In this document: positions 24,101-36,348 of the stretch, one piece after another
Position numbering within the stretch: the first letter of the stretch is position 1
How the letters are laid out: every line of letters starts with the position of its first letter
Origin: Eledone cirrhosa
Lineage: Eukaryota
Assembly: GCA_964016885.1 (NCBI GenBank)
Contig: OZ024742.1
Location: 231,260,001-231,324,000 of the forward strand
Reading direction: 5' to 3'
DNA: 64,000 bases
Made by a program: the position numbers and the translations under genes
The notes under the pieces: generated by a model
Told to the model about the DNA's origin: nothing
Database searches by the model: none
The model's input: only the letters and a program-made list of their open reading frames with translations

Positions 24101-26657
24101 TCCTGTCGGGGCATAGACGGCCACTAGCCTGAAAGTTTTCCCGTCTCCACTGGTCACATCTAGCACCATCAACTTACCTTCTGGGTCCAGGAAGATGGCC
24201 CGTATGGCGAGATCCAAACCTCTCCGAAAAAGCACAGCAACTCCTCCCCCCGATCCCGGACGGCTGTGAGATGCGTACACATCGTAGCCGCCGAAGATCG
24301 GTGCGAAGGCCCGTGCTTCGGAGATTCCGGTCTCGCTGATGGCCACTACATCTATGTTTAGTGACCTGAGGTCGTTGAGCAGGTGGTCCTGCTTCCATGG
24401 CGACCCCAAGCCACGCGCATTTATGCTGCCTATTCTGAGTGAGGTCATGTTGAAATGGAGTGGAAAAGATGGGAAAGATCACTTACCTTACTTCTCGTAG
24501 AGGAAGGATGGTTTGTCCATCCTTTTCACTGCTTGTGGCCTTCTCCGGAAGGATGTCCTTATAAATCCTCCTGGAGAGTGTTTGTCGGAAGTCTCCGATG
24601 TCTTTGGGGAATTTTTGTTTCAGTGTCGTGTACGTTTTCTGTGTGATGCGAGTGATTTGTATGTGTGGAGGTGGTGTGAACTTTTGGGTTGTTGTGTAGT
24701 CTTTTTCTGTGATGCTGGTGTTGTGTTGCATGTAGTGTAATAATTGGTTGTTGTTCAAATTTAATGCTGTGTAGTGTGTATCGTTTTGGTTGTTTTGTTT
24801 TGTTTGCGTTTGTTGTGGGTTTGTTTCTGTTACGCTTTTTGGTGACTTTTGTGTTGTTGGTGATGGTGGTGTTGGGGTTAATGATGGTGATGGTGTTGGT
24901 GTTGGTGGTGATGGGGTTGGTGATGCTGGTGTGGATGGTGGCATATCTGTCTTAACTTTCTTGTTAGATAATTCATTTGTTTCCCTCTGTATTTTGTTTT
25001 TTGAGGAGGAAGGAAGAGAATTTTTTCTTTTTTGGTTTCTTTTTTTTTCTTTTTTCCTGATACCGTTTCCCACTCCTCGTCGTCACAACCTGTCTCCAGT
25101 TGCGATAAGCCGAGGAGTGGAAAATCCTCCACAGGCGTTGGTTTTGTTTGTGGCGTGGTGGATGGTGTAGGCGCTGGTGCTAGTTCTGGGGCGTTGGGTG
25201 GTGGTGGTGTTGGTTTTGCTACTGTTGCTGGGGTTGTTGCTGTTACAGTTGCTTCTGTTGTTGCTGCTACAGTTGTTGCTGCTATTTCTGCTGCTGGTGG
25301 TGTTGATGGTTGAGTCACTGGGGTGGGTAGGAGAGGTGGCCTCAACCTTTTAGCCTGAGGGCAGAAAGCCCTTAGGTGGGTTCCTTCACCACAAACGACA
25401 CACCTAGGTCTTCTGCCCTCGACGATAACGGTGAAGTGGCTGCCGTCAGTGAGGTCTATTACCTCTGGGATCTCCTCAATGCTTTTATGGTCCGCTTGGA
25501 TCAGGAGCTCCATCCCAGATCCGGACCAGTTCTCCTGCTTTTCTTTTGCTATTTCTATTATTTTGGTGTTGGCCTCGATGCCGGCGAGGACGGCAGCCAT
25601 TAGCTAGGGAATTTTCGATGGCCGGTGGAACGTGGGTCACCCTGATCTTCACAAGTCTCTGGCCACAATAGCTTGGGATGAGTGTGAAGTCGTCACTTCT
25701 TAATGGGGCCTTGGAGTGTTCTCTGGCCTCCTGTGGTATTTCAAAGAACACGTCCACGGTTCCATACTTCTGCCCACGTCTGATGTCGGTTTTTTTTGCC
25801 CACACATGTCCCAAAGATTTTGGGATTTGGGACTCAGATGCCTGTTCCACTCGGCGCGATTTTATGTTTATTGTCCGATAAGACACGGAACAAAGGCGAC
25901 GTTGCTCCATTTTATTAGGTGGGGGTGAGGCTGACCCTGTACCCATCTTTCTTTACCATTCCTTTGGCTTCTTCTAATTGTTCCTGAGTTACCTGGATCG
26001 CTTCGCACGTTTTTGCTACTCTGGCAAAACTCAGGGTAGTTTTCTTAATTTCATTGTTGCTGTTGTTATTATCGTTATTTTTGCTATTGTTAATTTTAGT
26101 TTCAGTTGTGGTGGTGGTGGCGTCAGTGGTGTTCGGTGTGGAAGAGTTCATTTTGGTTGAATTCATTTCGATATCACGAGTTAATTTTTTTTTTTTTGTT
26201 GTTTCTGTTGTCGCTGTGGTGGTGGTGGAGGTGGTGGTTGTCGCAGTAGTGGTGGTGGTGGTGGCGGCTTTAACACCTGCAGTCATTGGTAATGGCGGGA
26301 AATGAACGTCTGCCTGAGACGAATTTAAAATATTGCTACTGCTTACAATTCCAGTGTTGGCAAACGTAGTAATATTTACAATGGTGGTGTCGGTGTGAGG
26401 TGTTGGATTGTGAGGAAGGAATGAATCTGAGTCATCCATTATTTTTCAAAGAAAAGATTTTTTGTTTGATAATTATAAAAAGTTTAAATTTTGGGCTCAA
26501 GGCCCCAATATTTTTGAGTGTCCTTTTCAGAAATCAATGTATGTGCACTTATATATAGTTAACAATAAAAGTTTTCCATAAATGGTAATTTTAAATAACT
26601 GAAAATAACAAGCCTTTGCGGAGCTCACGATGATACGATTTACTACGTAGGTCGCCA
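21106..26657 (-). mobile_element. Tx1-like element A, near full length, defective
   Basis: 5' UTR; frameshifted ORF1 (26439-24483, CVVCGEGTHLRAFC); ORF2 24448-21351 with stop, frameshifts and a ~315-bp deletion at ~22144; 3' UTR with AATAAA. Confidence 0.95.
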
Positions 26658-26716
26658 ATAATAATTATAATAATAATAATAATAATAATTATTATTATTA
26701 TTATTATTATTATAAT
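26657..26716. repeat. (AAT)n-(ATT)n self-complementary spacer
   Basis: Repeat orientation flips near 26690. Confidence 0.85.
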
Positions 26717-29700
26717 GCTTTCTTTATTAACCACAAGGGTTTACATAAAGTAGACATTAAGGACAGTACAGGACAATACAGAACGGTACAAATGAGCATT
26801 TCTGCGTGTAAAAAAACAGAGGATGTAATAAAAAAATAACAAGGAAAAATTCCCCAATAGGGGGGAGACTTCCGAGGGACATTTGTGGAGAAAGCCCATT
26901 AAAAGGCCACAGTGACCCTGACTACCAGGCCAAGTGCCCTCTCCCAGTTTTCCACTTTTAATTTACAGACAGATACTCAGAGTAGGCCCATTCACACGGG
27001 CCATACTTGCTTCTCTCACCCATCTTTCAACAAAATGCTGGGAAGAGAGCACTTTCCTTTCTACCCTGATTTTCCTTTTCAAATGAAATTTGAAAAAGTT
27101 AATCAGGGCATCACCGAAGAGGTAAGTGCTCGTCTTCAGCCCTTTCAAACGTGTTCACCATACTACCTCTTTCGCCATGGCCACCAGACAGATAAAAACT
27201 GCCTGCCCTTCCCGGCTAAAGGAAGAGCGCGGGACAATCCTCACGATGGACTCAGCTGATAGCCGGATCCGTCCTACACGTGACAGCAGGTGTTCGACAT
27301 AAACCCACAAGTCAGCAATGCTCGGACACTGGACGAGTGCGTGCAGGACGGTTTCGTCGTCCTGCGCGCATCTCGGACATGCCCGGCTGACGGAACCTCC
27401 ATGCCTGTAGAGTTTATCTCGAACTGGCAAAACTCCTCGGTAGCACTGCCAGGCCAGGGATTTCTGGAAATTGTCCTTAGGCCCCGGTCCGAAAGTCCTT
27501 CCGAAGAGATTGGCTAGTTGATTTTCGACGACGCCTAGAGTTTCTCCAAGTACGTCGTCGCTCTTCCCCTCCACTAATCCTCTATAGAACGCCAAGGTGG
27601 AGTTTCCACCGATCACATTGCCCGATTGGTCGAAAGCTGTGAGCGCCTGAAGACATTCCAGTCTCCAAGCGCTCCCTCTCGGTCTTCGCTTGACCCAGGA
27701 CTGCAGCTGCGTTAAGGAGACGAGCTGAGGAAAGACGTGTCTCGCAAACGGCGACCATACCTGATCACCGTCGAGGTAGAGGTGGAGATGTCGTAGCCTG
27801 AGCACGTGTCTGCGCATCATCAGCCACGGCATGCCCAGCCCTCCACGTAGCGGGTGTTGACAGCAGATGGACCGCCTGACCATCGGAGCGCGTCCCTTCC
27901 ACAAAAAGCGAAAGAGCAAACGCTCCAACGCAGTCAGGCGGGGCTTAGGACAAGGTACGACGGTCAGGCGGTAGTAGATGACGGACGCGATGTACGCGTT
28001 AGCCACCTGCGCTCGACCTTTCAGGGATAGCTTCCTCTCGGCCAATTTCTGGGTGATAGAAGCCACCCTGCTCGTCACCTCGTCCCAGTTTTTGTCCGTC
28101 TGGAGGTCCGGACCGAACCAGACCCCTAGCAATTTAACCGGTCCGTTCTTCCAGCGCCCGACGACGCTGTTGGACGGCATGGACCTGCCTCTCCAGGTGC
28201 CGAGCTGCAGGCCCACTGACTTTTCCTGGTTGATCATTGCTCCTGTCACCGCTTCGTATTCTCTTAATGTAGTGCCGATCGCCTCGATGTGTTTGGCGTT
28301 CGACACCACTACGGTGACATCGTCCGCATATGCTGACACGGATCTTCCGCATCCTAGTTCGAGCGGGACGCCCCTCAACGTCTCCAGTTTGTGCAGTAAT
28401 GGCTCGAGAGTCAATACGTACAAGAGGAACGAGAGGGGACATCCTTGGCGGACCGAGCGCATGATGTTGAACGGTTCCGAAAGGTGACCGTTCACTCTCA
28501 TCACAGAGCAGATGTCGCTGTGCATGGCAGCGATCCAGCCTCTGAAGACGGGCCCAAAGCCAGCCGCCCTCAGGACTGCCGCTAGGTAAAGATGGTCGAC
28601 CCTATCGAAAGCTTTCGACTGATCTAAATTGATCAAGGACCCACCCGTGCCAGGTTCCCTGGCTACCCTCTCTACGATGTATCGCATGAGGTGGAGGTTG
28701 TCGTGGATGGATCTGTCGGGAATGGCGCACGTCTGCGCCTCTCCCACCAGACCACCAATGACAAGCGCCAACCTCTTTGCTAGCACCTTGCCCAAAATCT
28801 TGAATCTGTGTTTAGCAGAGTTATGGGCCTGAAATTATCTATGTTATCCCCCTTGTTCGGATCCTTTCTCAGCACGCCACAGCTCCTCGGCTCACAGAGC
28901 TGGAAATCCTCCCGTTCTGTTGCCAGTTGCAGTAGACGTCCGTCAAGAGGCCTCCGAACAAGTCTGGCATTTGTACGTAAAGTTCATCGGGCAGACCATC
29001 CAAACCAGGCGATTTACCCCTTGTGCAGCCAGTCATTGCCTCCCGTACTTCAGCGGCTGTTATCGGCTTTTCGCAACACTCCGCCTCAGTGGCCGAGAGC
29101 CGTGGCAGTCCGTCGAGGTAGACACTAAAGTCCAACCCACGATCCGGCCCGCCGCTGCCCCCGAACAGCTGTGCGAAGTGTCGCTGAAAAGCTTCACACA
29201 TTTGCCCGGGATCGAGTAGCATGCGCCCGTCGTGGTCCACCAAAGACCGGATCGTGGCTTTGTTGCCACGACGCGCCTCCGCCACTCGGGCCCATTGAAC
29301 GGCTTTCGTTCCCTCGTGTCTGAGAGCACGCACCCTAGCTCTGACAACGCAGCCTTCGTGCGTTGCATTAAAGAATTGGTCAAGGGCCAATTTCGCCGCA
29401 AGTACGTCGGTCGCAATGCCTTTGCTAAGCGCCTCGTCTAATTTTCTACCTAATTCTCCCTCTGCTCTATTTTTCTCTATTGCTAAAGCCTTACTAAACC
29501 TAATGGACTCTATTCTAATTGCTCTTTTCAGAGCAAAAAACCACTTGTTGTTGGCGATGGCCCCCGTCAACGTCCGCTTAACTAGTTCGCTAATCCGGTC
29601 TCTGTAGGCCTTGCGCGCTGGTAAGGACGCGTTTAGCTTCCAGTAGCCGGGTGCTCGTCTATGAAGCCTATCTAAGTCAAGCACACAGATCACGAATTTG

Positions 29701-32590
29701 TGGTCCATGTAGCTGACTAACTTGAATTGTGGACAGCCTATGCTAGACCTATCTATTTCCCTACAAAATACTCTATCTAGATATGACCTGGATGACCCTA
29801 TGCGATTTGTCCAAGTCCACATTGGCACATTCGGGAAATCCAATCGGTACCTGTCACACAGTTCAAAACGCCTCAGCAGGTTAGTGAGGCCCTTTCACCC
29901 TCCTCCCCTATCCGCTAATCCCACACAGTATCAGCGTGAATCTAAGATCCCGTTCCAGTCGCCCACTAACACTAAAGAGCGGGACGTTCCAAGAAAAGTC
30001 TCCAGAGGCCGGAAGAAATCAGGCCACCCTGCTCCTGTCGGGACATAGACGGCCACTAGCCTGAAAGCTTGCCCGTCTCCGCTGGTCACGTCCAGCACCC
30101 CAACTTACCTTCTGGGTCCAGGAAGATGGCCCGTATGGCGAGATCCAAACCTTTCCGAAAAAGCACAGCAACTCCTCCCCCCCCCCCGATCCAGGACGGC
30201 TGGGAGATGCGTACACATCGTAGCCGCCGAAGATCGGTGCGAAGGCCCGTGCTTCGGAGATTCTGGTCTCGCTAATGGCCACTACATCTATGTTTAGTGA
30301 CCTGAGGTCGTTGAGCAGGTGGCCCTGCTTCCATGACGACCCCAAGCCACACGCATTTATGCTGCCTATTCTGAGTGAGGTCATGTTAAAATGGAGTGGA
30401 AAAGATGGGAAAGACCACTTACCTTACTTCTCGTAGAGGAAGGACGGTTTCTCCATCCTTTTCACTGCTTGTGGCCTCCTCCGGAAGGATGTCCTTATAA
30501 ATCCTCCTGGAGAGTGCTTGTCGGAAGTCTCCGATGTCTTTGGGGATTTTTTGTTTTAGTGTCATGTACGTTTTCTGTGTGATTCGAGTGATTTGTATGT
30601 GTGGAGGTGGTGTGAACTTTTGGGTTGTTGTGTAGTCTTTTTCTGTGATGCTGGTGTTGTGTTGGATGTAGTGTAATAAGTGGTTGTTGTTCAAATGTTA
30701 TGCTGTGTAGTGTGTATCGTTTTAGTTGTTTTGTTTTGTTTGCGTTTGTTGTGGGTTTGTTTCTGTTTCGCTTTTTGGTGACTTTTGTGCTGTTGGTGAT
30801 GGTGGTGTTGTGGTTAATGATGGTGATGGTGTTGGTGTTTGTGGTGATGGAGTTGGTGATGCTGGTGTGGATGGTGGCATATCTGTCCTAACTTTTTTGT
30901 TTGATAGTTTGTTTGTTTCCCTCTGTATTTTGTTTTTGGTGTGGGAAGGAAGAGAATTTTTTCTTTTTTGGTTTCTTTTTTCTTTTTTCCTGATACCGTT
31001 TCCCACTCCTCGTCGTCACAATCTGTCTCCAGTTGTGATAGGCCGGGGAGTGGAAAATCCTCCACAGGCGTTAGTTTTGGTTGTGGCGTGGTAGATGGTG
31101 TAGGCGCTCGTACTAGTTCTGGCGCGGTGGGTGGTGGTGGTGGTGGTGTTGATTTTGCTACTGTTGCTGGGGTTGTTGCTGTTACAGTTGCTTCTGTTGT
31201 TGCTGCCATCTCTGTTGCTGGTGGTGTTGATGGTTGAGTCACTGGGGTGGGTAGGAGAGGTGGTCAACCTTTTAGCCTGAGGGTAGGAAGCCCTTAGGTG
31301 GGTTCCTTCACCACAAACGACACATCTAGGCCTTCTGCCCTCGACGATTACGGTGAGGTGGCTGCCGTCACTGAGGTCTATTACCTCTGGGATCACCTCA
31401 ATGCTTTTTTGGTCCGCTTGGATCAGGAGCTCCATCCCAGATCCAGACCAGTTCTCCTGGTTTTCTTTCGCTATTTCGTTTATCTTGGTGTTGGCTTCGA
31501 TGCCGGCGAGGACGGCAGCTATTAGCCAGAGAATTTCGTTGGCCGGTGGAACGTGGGTGACCCTGATCTTTACGAGTCTCTGGCCACAATAGCTTGGGAC
31601 GGGTGTGAAGTCGTCACTTCTTAATGGGGCCATTGAGTGTTCTCTAGCCTCCTGTGATGTTTCAAAGAACGCGTCCACGGTTCCATATTTCTGCCCACGT
31701 CTGATGTGGGTCTTTTTTGCCCACACATGTCCCAAAGCTTTTTGGATTTGTGACTCGGATGCCCGTTCCACTCGGCGCGATTTTATATTAATCGTTCGAT
31801 AAGACACGGTGCATAGGCGCCGATGCTCCATTTTATTAGGTGGGGGAGTGAGGCTGACCCTGTACCCATCTTTCTTTACCATTTTTTTGGTTTCTTCTAA
31901 TTCCTCCTGAGTTACCTGAAATGCTTCGCACTGTTTTGCTACTCTGGCAAAACTCAGGGTGGTTTTCTTAATGTCATTGTTGCTGTTGTTGTTATCGTTA
32001 TTTTTGTTATTATTAATTTTAGTTTCAGTTGTGGTGGTGGCGTCAGTGGTGTTCGGTATGGAAGAGTTCATTTTGGTTGAATTCATTTCGATATCACGAG
32101 TTAATTTATTTTTTTCTTTTGTTTCTGTTGTCGCGGTGGTGGTGGGGTGGTGGTTGTCGCGGTGGTGGTGGGGTGGTGGTTGTCGCGGTGGTGGTGGTGG
32201 CGGCTTTAACACCTGCGGTCATTGGTAATGGCGGGAAATGAATGTCTGCCTGAGACAAATTTAAAATATTGCTAATGCTTATATTTTTAGTGTTGGCAAG
32301 CGTAGTAATATTTACAATGGTGATGTCGGTGTGAGGTGTTAGTTTGTGAGAAAGGAGTGACTCTGAGTCAGCCATGATTTTTCAAAGAAAAATTTTTGTT
32401 TGATAATTATAAAAGTTTAAATTTTGGGCTCAAGGCCCCAATTATTTTGGGTGTCCTTTTCAGATAACAATGTATGTGCACTTATATACAGTTAACAATA
32501 AAAATTTTCCATGAATGGCAATTTTAAACAACTGAAAATAACAAACCTTTGCGGAGCTCACGATGATACGATTTACTACGTAGGTCGCCA
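26717..32590 (-). mobile_element. Tx1-like element B, full length, defective
   Basis: Collinear with A over its whole length; ORF1 32375-30419 and ORF2 30384-26963 broken by stops and frameshifts. Confidence 0.95.

Positions 32591-32591
<1 letters not shown>

Positions 32592-32643
<52 letters not shown>
32592..32643. repeat. (AAT)n spacer/target
   Basis: Direct reading. Confidence 0.9.
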
Positions 32644-32645
<2 letters not shown>

Positions 32646-32893
32646 TTTCTTTATTAACCACAAGGGTTTACATAAAGTAGACATTAAGGACAGTGCAGGA
32701 CAATGCAGGACGGTACAAATGGGCATTTCTGCGTGTAAAAAACAAAAACAGAGGATGTAACAAAAAATAACAATGAAAAATTCCCCAATAGGGGGGAGAC
32801 TTCGGAGGGACATTTGTGGAAAAAGCCCAGTAAAAAGCCACAATGACCCTGACCACCAAGGCAAGTGCCCTCTCCCAGTTTTCCACCTTTAAT

Positions 32894-35800
32894 TTACAGA
32901 TATATGCTCAGAGTAGGCCCATTCACTCGGGCCATTCTTGCTTCTCTCACCCATCTTTCAACAAAATGCTGGGAAGAGAGCACTTCCCTCTCTACTCTGA
33001 TTTTCCTTTTCAAATGAAATTTGAAAAAGTCAATCAGAGCATCACCGAAGAGGTAAGTGCTCGTCTTCAGCCCTTTCAAACGTGTCCACCATACTATCTC
33101 TTTCGCCATGGCCACCAGGCAGATAAAAACTGCCTGCCCTTCCCGGCTAAAGGAGGAGGGCGGGGCAATCCTCACGATGGACTCAGATGATAGCCGGATC
33201 CGTCCTAAACGCGACAGCAGGTGTTCGACATAAACCCACAAGTCAGCAATTTTCGGACACTGGACGAGTGCGTGCAGGACGGTTTCGTCGTCCTGCGCGC
33301 ATCTCGGACATGCCCGGCTGACGGAACCTCCATGCCTGTAGAGTTTATCCCGAACTGGCAAGGCTCCTCGGTAGCACTGCCAGGCCAGAGTTTTCTGGAA
33401 GTTGTCCATAGGCCCTGGCCCGAAAGTTCTTCCGAAGAGATTGGCTAGTTGATTTTCGTCGACGCCTAGAGTTTCCCCAAGTACGTCGTCGCTCTTCCCC
33501 TCCACTAATCCTCTATAGAACGCCGAGGTGGAGTTTCCACCGATCACATTGCCCGATTGGTCGAGGGCTGTGAGCGCCTGAAGACATTCCAGTCTCCAGG
33601 CGCTCCCTCTCGGTCTTCGCTTGACCCAGGACTGCAGCTCCGTCAAGGAAACGAGCTGGGGAAACACGCGTCTAGCAAACGGCGACCACACCTGATCACC
33701 GTCGAGGAAGAGGTGGAGATGTCGTAGCCTGAGCGCGTGCCTGCGCATCATCAGCCACGGCATGCCCAGCCCTCCACGTAGCGGGTGTTGACAACAGATG
33801 GACCGCCTGACCATCGGAGCGCGTCCCTTCCACAAAAAGCGAAAGAGCAAACGCTCCAGCACAGTCAGGCGAGGCTTAGGACAAGGTACGACGGTCAGGC
33901 GGTAGCAGATGACGGACGCGATGTACGCGTTAGCCACCTCCGCTCGACCTTTCAGGGATAGCTTCCTCTCGGCCCATTTCTGGGTGAGAGAAGCCACCCT
34001 GCTCGTCACCTCGTCCCAGTTTTTGTCCGTCTGGAGGTCCGGACCGAACCAGACCCCTAGCAATTTAACCGGTCCGTCCGTCCAGCGTCCGACGACGCTG
34101 TTGGACGGCATGGACCTGCCTCTCCAGGTGCCGAGCTGCAGGCCCACTGACTTTTCCTGGTTGATCATTGCTCCTGTCACCGCTTCGTATTCTCTTAGTG
34201 TAGTGCCGATCGCCTCGATGTGTTTGGCGTTCGACACCACTACGGTGACATCGTCCGCATATGCTGATACGGATCTTCCGCATCCTAGTTCACGCGGGAC
34301 CCCCCTCAACGTCTCCAGTTTGTGCAGTAATGGCTCGAGAGTCAATACGTACAAGAGGGACGAGAGGGGACATCCTTGGCGGACCGAGCGCATGATGTTG
34401 AACGGTTCCGACAGGTGACCGTTCACTCTCACCACAGAGCAGATGTCGCTGTGCATGGCAGCGATCCAGCCTCTGAAGACGGGCCCAAAGCCAGCCGCCC
34501 TCAGGACTGCCGCTAGGTAACGATGGTCGACCCTATCGAAAGCTTTCGACTGATCTAAATTGATCAAGGACCCACCCGTGCCAGGTTCCCTAGCTACCCT
34601 CTCTACGATGTATCGCATGAGGTGGAGGTTGTCGTGGATGGATCTGTCGGGAATGGCGCATGTCTGCGCCTCTCCCACCAGACCACCAACGACAAGCGCC
34701 AACCTCTTTGCTAGCACCTTGGCCAAAATCTTAAACTCTGTGTTTAGCAGAGTTATGGGCCGGAAATTTTCTATGTTATCCCCCTTGTTCGGATCCTTTC
34801 TCAGCAGTGCCACCGCTCCTCGGCTCACAGAACTGGGAATTCTCCCGTTCTGTTGCCAGTTGCAGTAGACGTCCGCCAAGAGGCCTCCGAACAAGTCTGG
34901 CATCTGTACGTAAAGTTCATAGGGCAGACCATCCAAACCAGGCGATTTACCCCTTGTGCCGCCAGTCATTGCCTCCCTTACTTCAGCGGCTGTTATCGGC
35001 TTTTCGCAACACTTCGCCTCAGTGGCCGAGAGCCGCGGCAGTCCGTCGAGGTAGACACTAAAGTCCATCCCTCTACCCGGCCCACCGCTGCCCCCGAACA
35101 GCTGAGCGAAGTGTCGCTGAAAAGCTTCACACATTTGCCCGGGATCGAGTAGCATGTGCCCGTCGTGGTCCACCAAAGACCGGATCGTGGCTTTGTTGCC
35201 ACGACGCGCCTCCGCCACTCGGGCCCATTGAACGGCTTTCGTCCCCTCGTGTCTGAGAGCACGCACCCTTCCTCTGACAACGCAGCCTTCGTGCTTTGCA
35301 TTGAAGAATTGGTCAAGGGCCAATTTCGCCGCAAGCACGTCGGTCGCAATGCCTTTGCTAAGCGCCTCGTCTAATTTTCTAACTAGTTCTCCCTCTGCTC
35401 TATTTTTCTCTATTGCTAAAGCCTTACTAAATCTAATCGATTCTATTCTAATCGCTCTTTTCAGAGCAAACCACCACTTGTTGTTGACGATGGCCCCCGT
35501 CAACGCCCGCTTAACTAGTTCGCTAATCCGGTCTCTGTAGGCCTTGCGCGCTGGTAAGGACGCGTTTAGCTTCCAGTAGCCGGGTCCTCGTCTATGAAGC
35601 CTATCTAAGTCAAGCACACAGATCACGAATTTGTGGTCCGTGTAGCTGACTATCTTGAATTGTGGACAGCCTATGCTAGACCTATCTATTTCCCTACAAA
35701 ATACTCTATCTAGATATGATCTGGATGACCCTATGCGGTTTGTCCAAGTCCACATTGGCACATTCGGGAAATCCAATCGGTACCTGTCAGACAGTTCAAA

Positions 35801-36313
35801 ACGCCTGAGCAGGTTGGTGAGGCTCTTGCACCCTCCACCCCTATCCGCTAATCCCACACAGTCCCAGCGTGCATCTAAGATCCCGTTCCAGTCGCCCACT
35901 AACACTAAAGAGCGCGACGTTCCAAGAAAGGTCTCCAGACGCCGGAAGAAATCAGGCCGCCCTGCTCCTGTCGGGGCATAGACGGCCACTAGCCTGAAAG
36001 CTTGCCCGTCTCCGCTGGTCACGTCCAGCACCACCAGCTTACCCTCTGGGTCCAGGAAGATGGCCCGTATGGCGAGATCCAAACCTCTCCGAAAAAGCAC
36101 AGCAACTCCTCCACCGGATCCAGGACGGCTGGGAGATGCGTACACATCGTAGCCGCCGAAGATCGGTGCGAAGGCCCGTGCTTCGGAGATTCTGGTCTCG
36201 CTGATGGCCACTACATCTATGTTTAGTGACCTGAGGTCGTTGAGCAGGTGACCCTGCTTCCATGACGACGCCAAGCCACGCGCATTTATGCTGCCTATTC
36301 TGAGTGAGGTCAT
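32894..36313 (-). CDS. ORF2 polyprotein: APE endonuclease, reverse transcriptase, C-terminal CCHC finger (1139 aa)
   Basis: SINARG, SET, GDWN, YLDR, YTDH; KSPGLDG, RPITLLN, DQSKAFDRV, RQGCPLS, AYADD; CPRC..ETVLHALVQC. Confidence 0.96.
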   Translation of the reverse strand: MTSLRIGSINARGLASSWKQGHLLNDLRSLNIDVVAISETRISEARAFAPIFGGYDVYASPSRPGSGGGVAVLFRRGLDLAIRAIFLDPEGKLVVLDVTSGDGQAFRLVAVYAPTGAGRPDFFRRLETFLGTSRSLVLVGDWNGILDARWDCVGLADRGGGCKSLTNLLRRFELSDRYRLDFPNVPMWTWTNRIGSSRSYLDRVFCREIDRSSIGCPQFKIVSYTDHKFVICVLDLDRLHRRGPGYWKLNASLPARKAYRDRISELVKRALTGAIVNNKWWFALKRAIRIESIRFSKALAIEKNRAEGELVRKLDEALSKGIATDVLAAKLALDQFFNAKHEGCVVRGRVRALRHEGTKAVQWARVAEARRGNKATIRSLVDHDGHMLLDPGQMCEAFQRHFAQLFGGSGGPGRGMDFSVYLDGLPRLSATEAKCCEKPITAAEVREAMTGGTRGKSPGLDGLPYELYVQMPDLFGGLLADVYCNWQQNGRIPSSVSRGAVALLRKDPNKGDNIENFRPITLLNTEFKILAKVLAKRLALVVGGLVGEAQTCAIPDRSIHDNLHLMRYIVERVAREPGTGGSLINLDQSKAFDRVDHRYLAAVLRAAGFGPVFRGWIAAMHSDICSVVRVNGHLSEPFNIMRSVRQGCPLSSLLYVLTLEPLLHKLETLRGVPRELGCGRSVSAYADDVTVVVSNAKHIEAIGTTLREYEAVTGAMINQEKSVGLQLGTWRGRSMPSNSVVGRWTDGPVKLLGVWFGPDLQTDKNWDEVTSRVASLTQKWAERKLSLKGRAEVANAYIASVICYRLTVVPCPKPRLTVLERLLFRFLWKGRAPMVRRSICCQHPLRGGLGMPWLMMRRHALRLRHLHLFLDGDQVWSPFARRVFPQLVSLTELQSWVKRRPRGSAWRLECLQALTALDQSGNVIGGNSTSAFYRGLVEGKSDDVLGETLGVDENQLANLFGRTFGPGPMDNFQKTLAWQCYRGALPVRDKLYRHGGSVSRACPRCAQDDETVLHALVQCPKIADLWVYVEHLLSRLGRIRLSSESIVRIAPPSSFSREGQAVFICLVAMAKEIVWWTRLKGLKTSTYLFGDALIDFFKFHLKRKIRVEREVLSSQHFVERWVREARMARVNGPTLSIYL

Positions 36314-36348
36314 GTTTAAAATAGAGTGGAAAAGATGGGAAAGACCAC

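Noticed and set aside
33221-36226. Recurrent plus-strand ORFs antisense to ORF2 (also in A and B)
   Set aside because: Shadows of a GC-rich coding strand; they recur only because the copies are near-identical.
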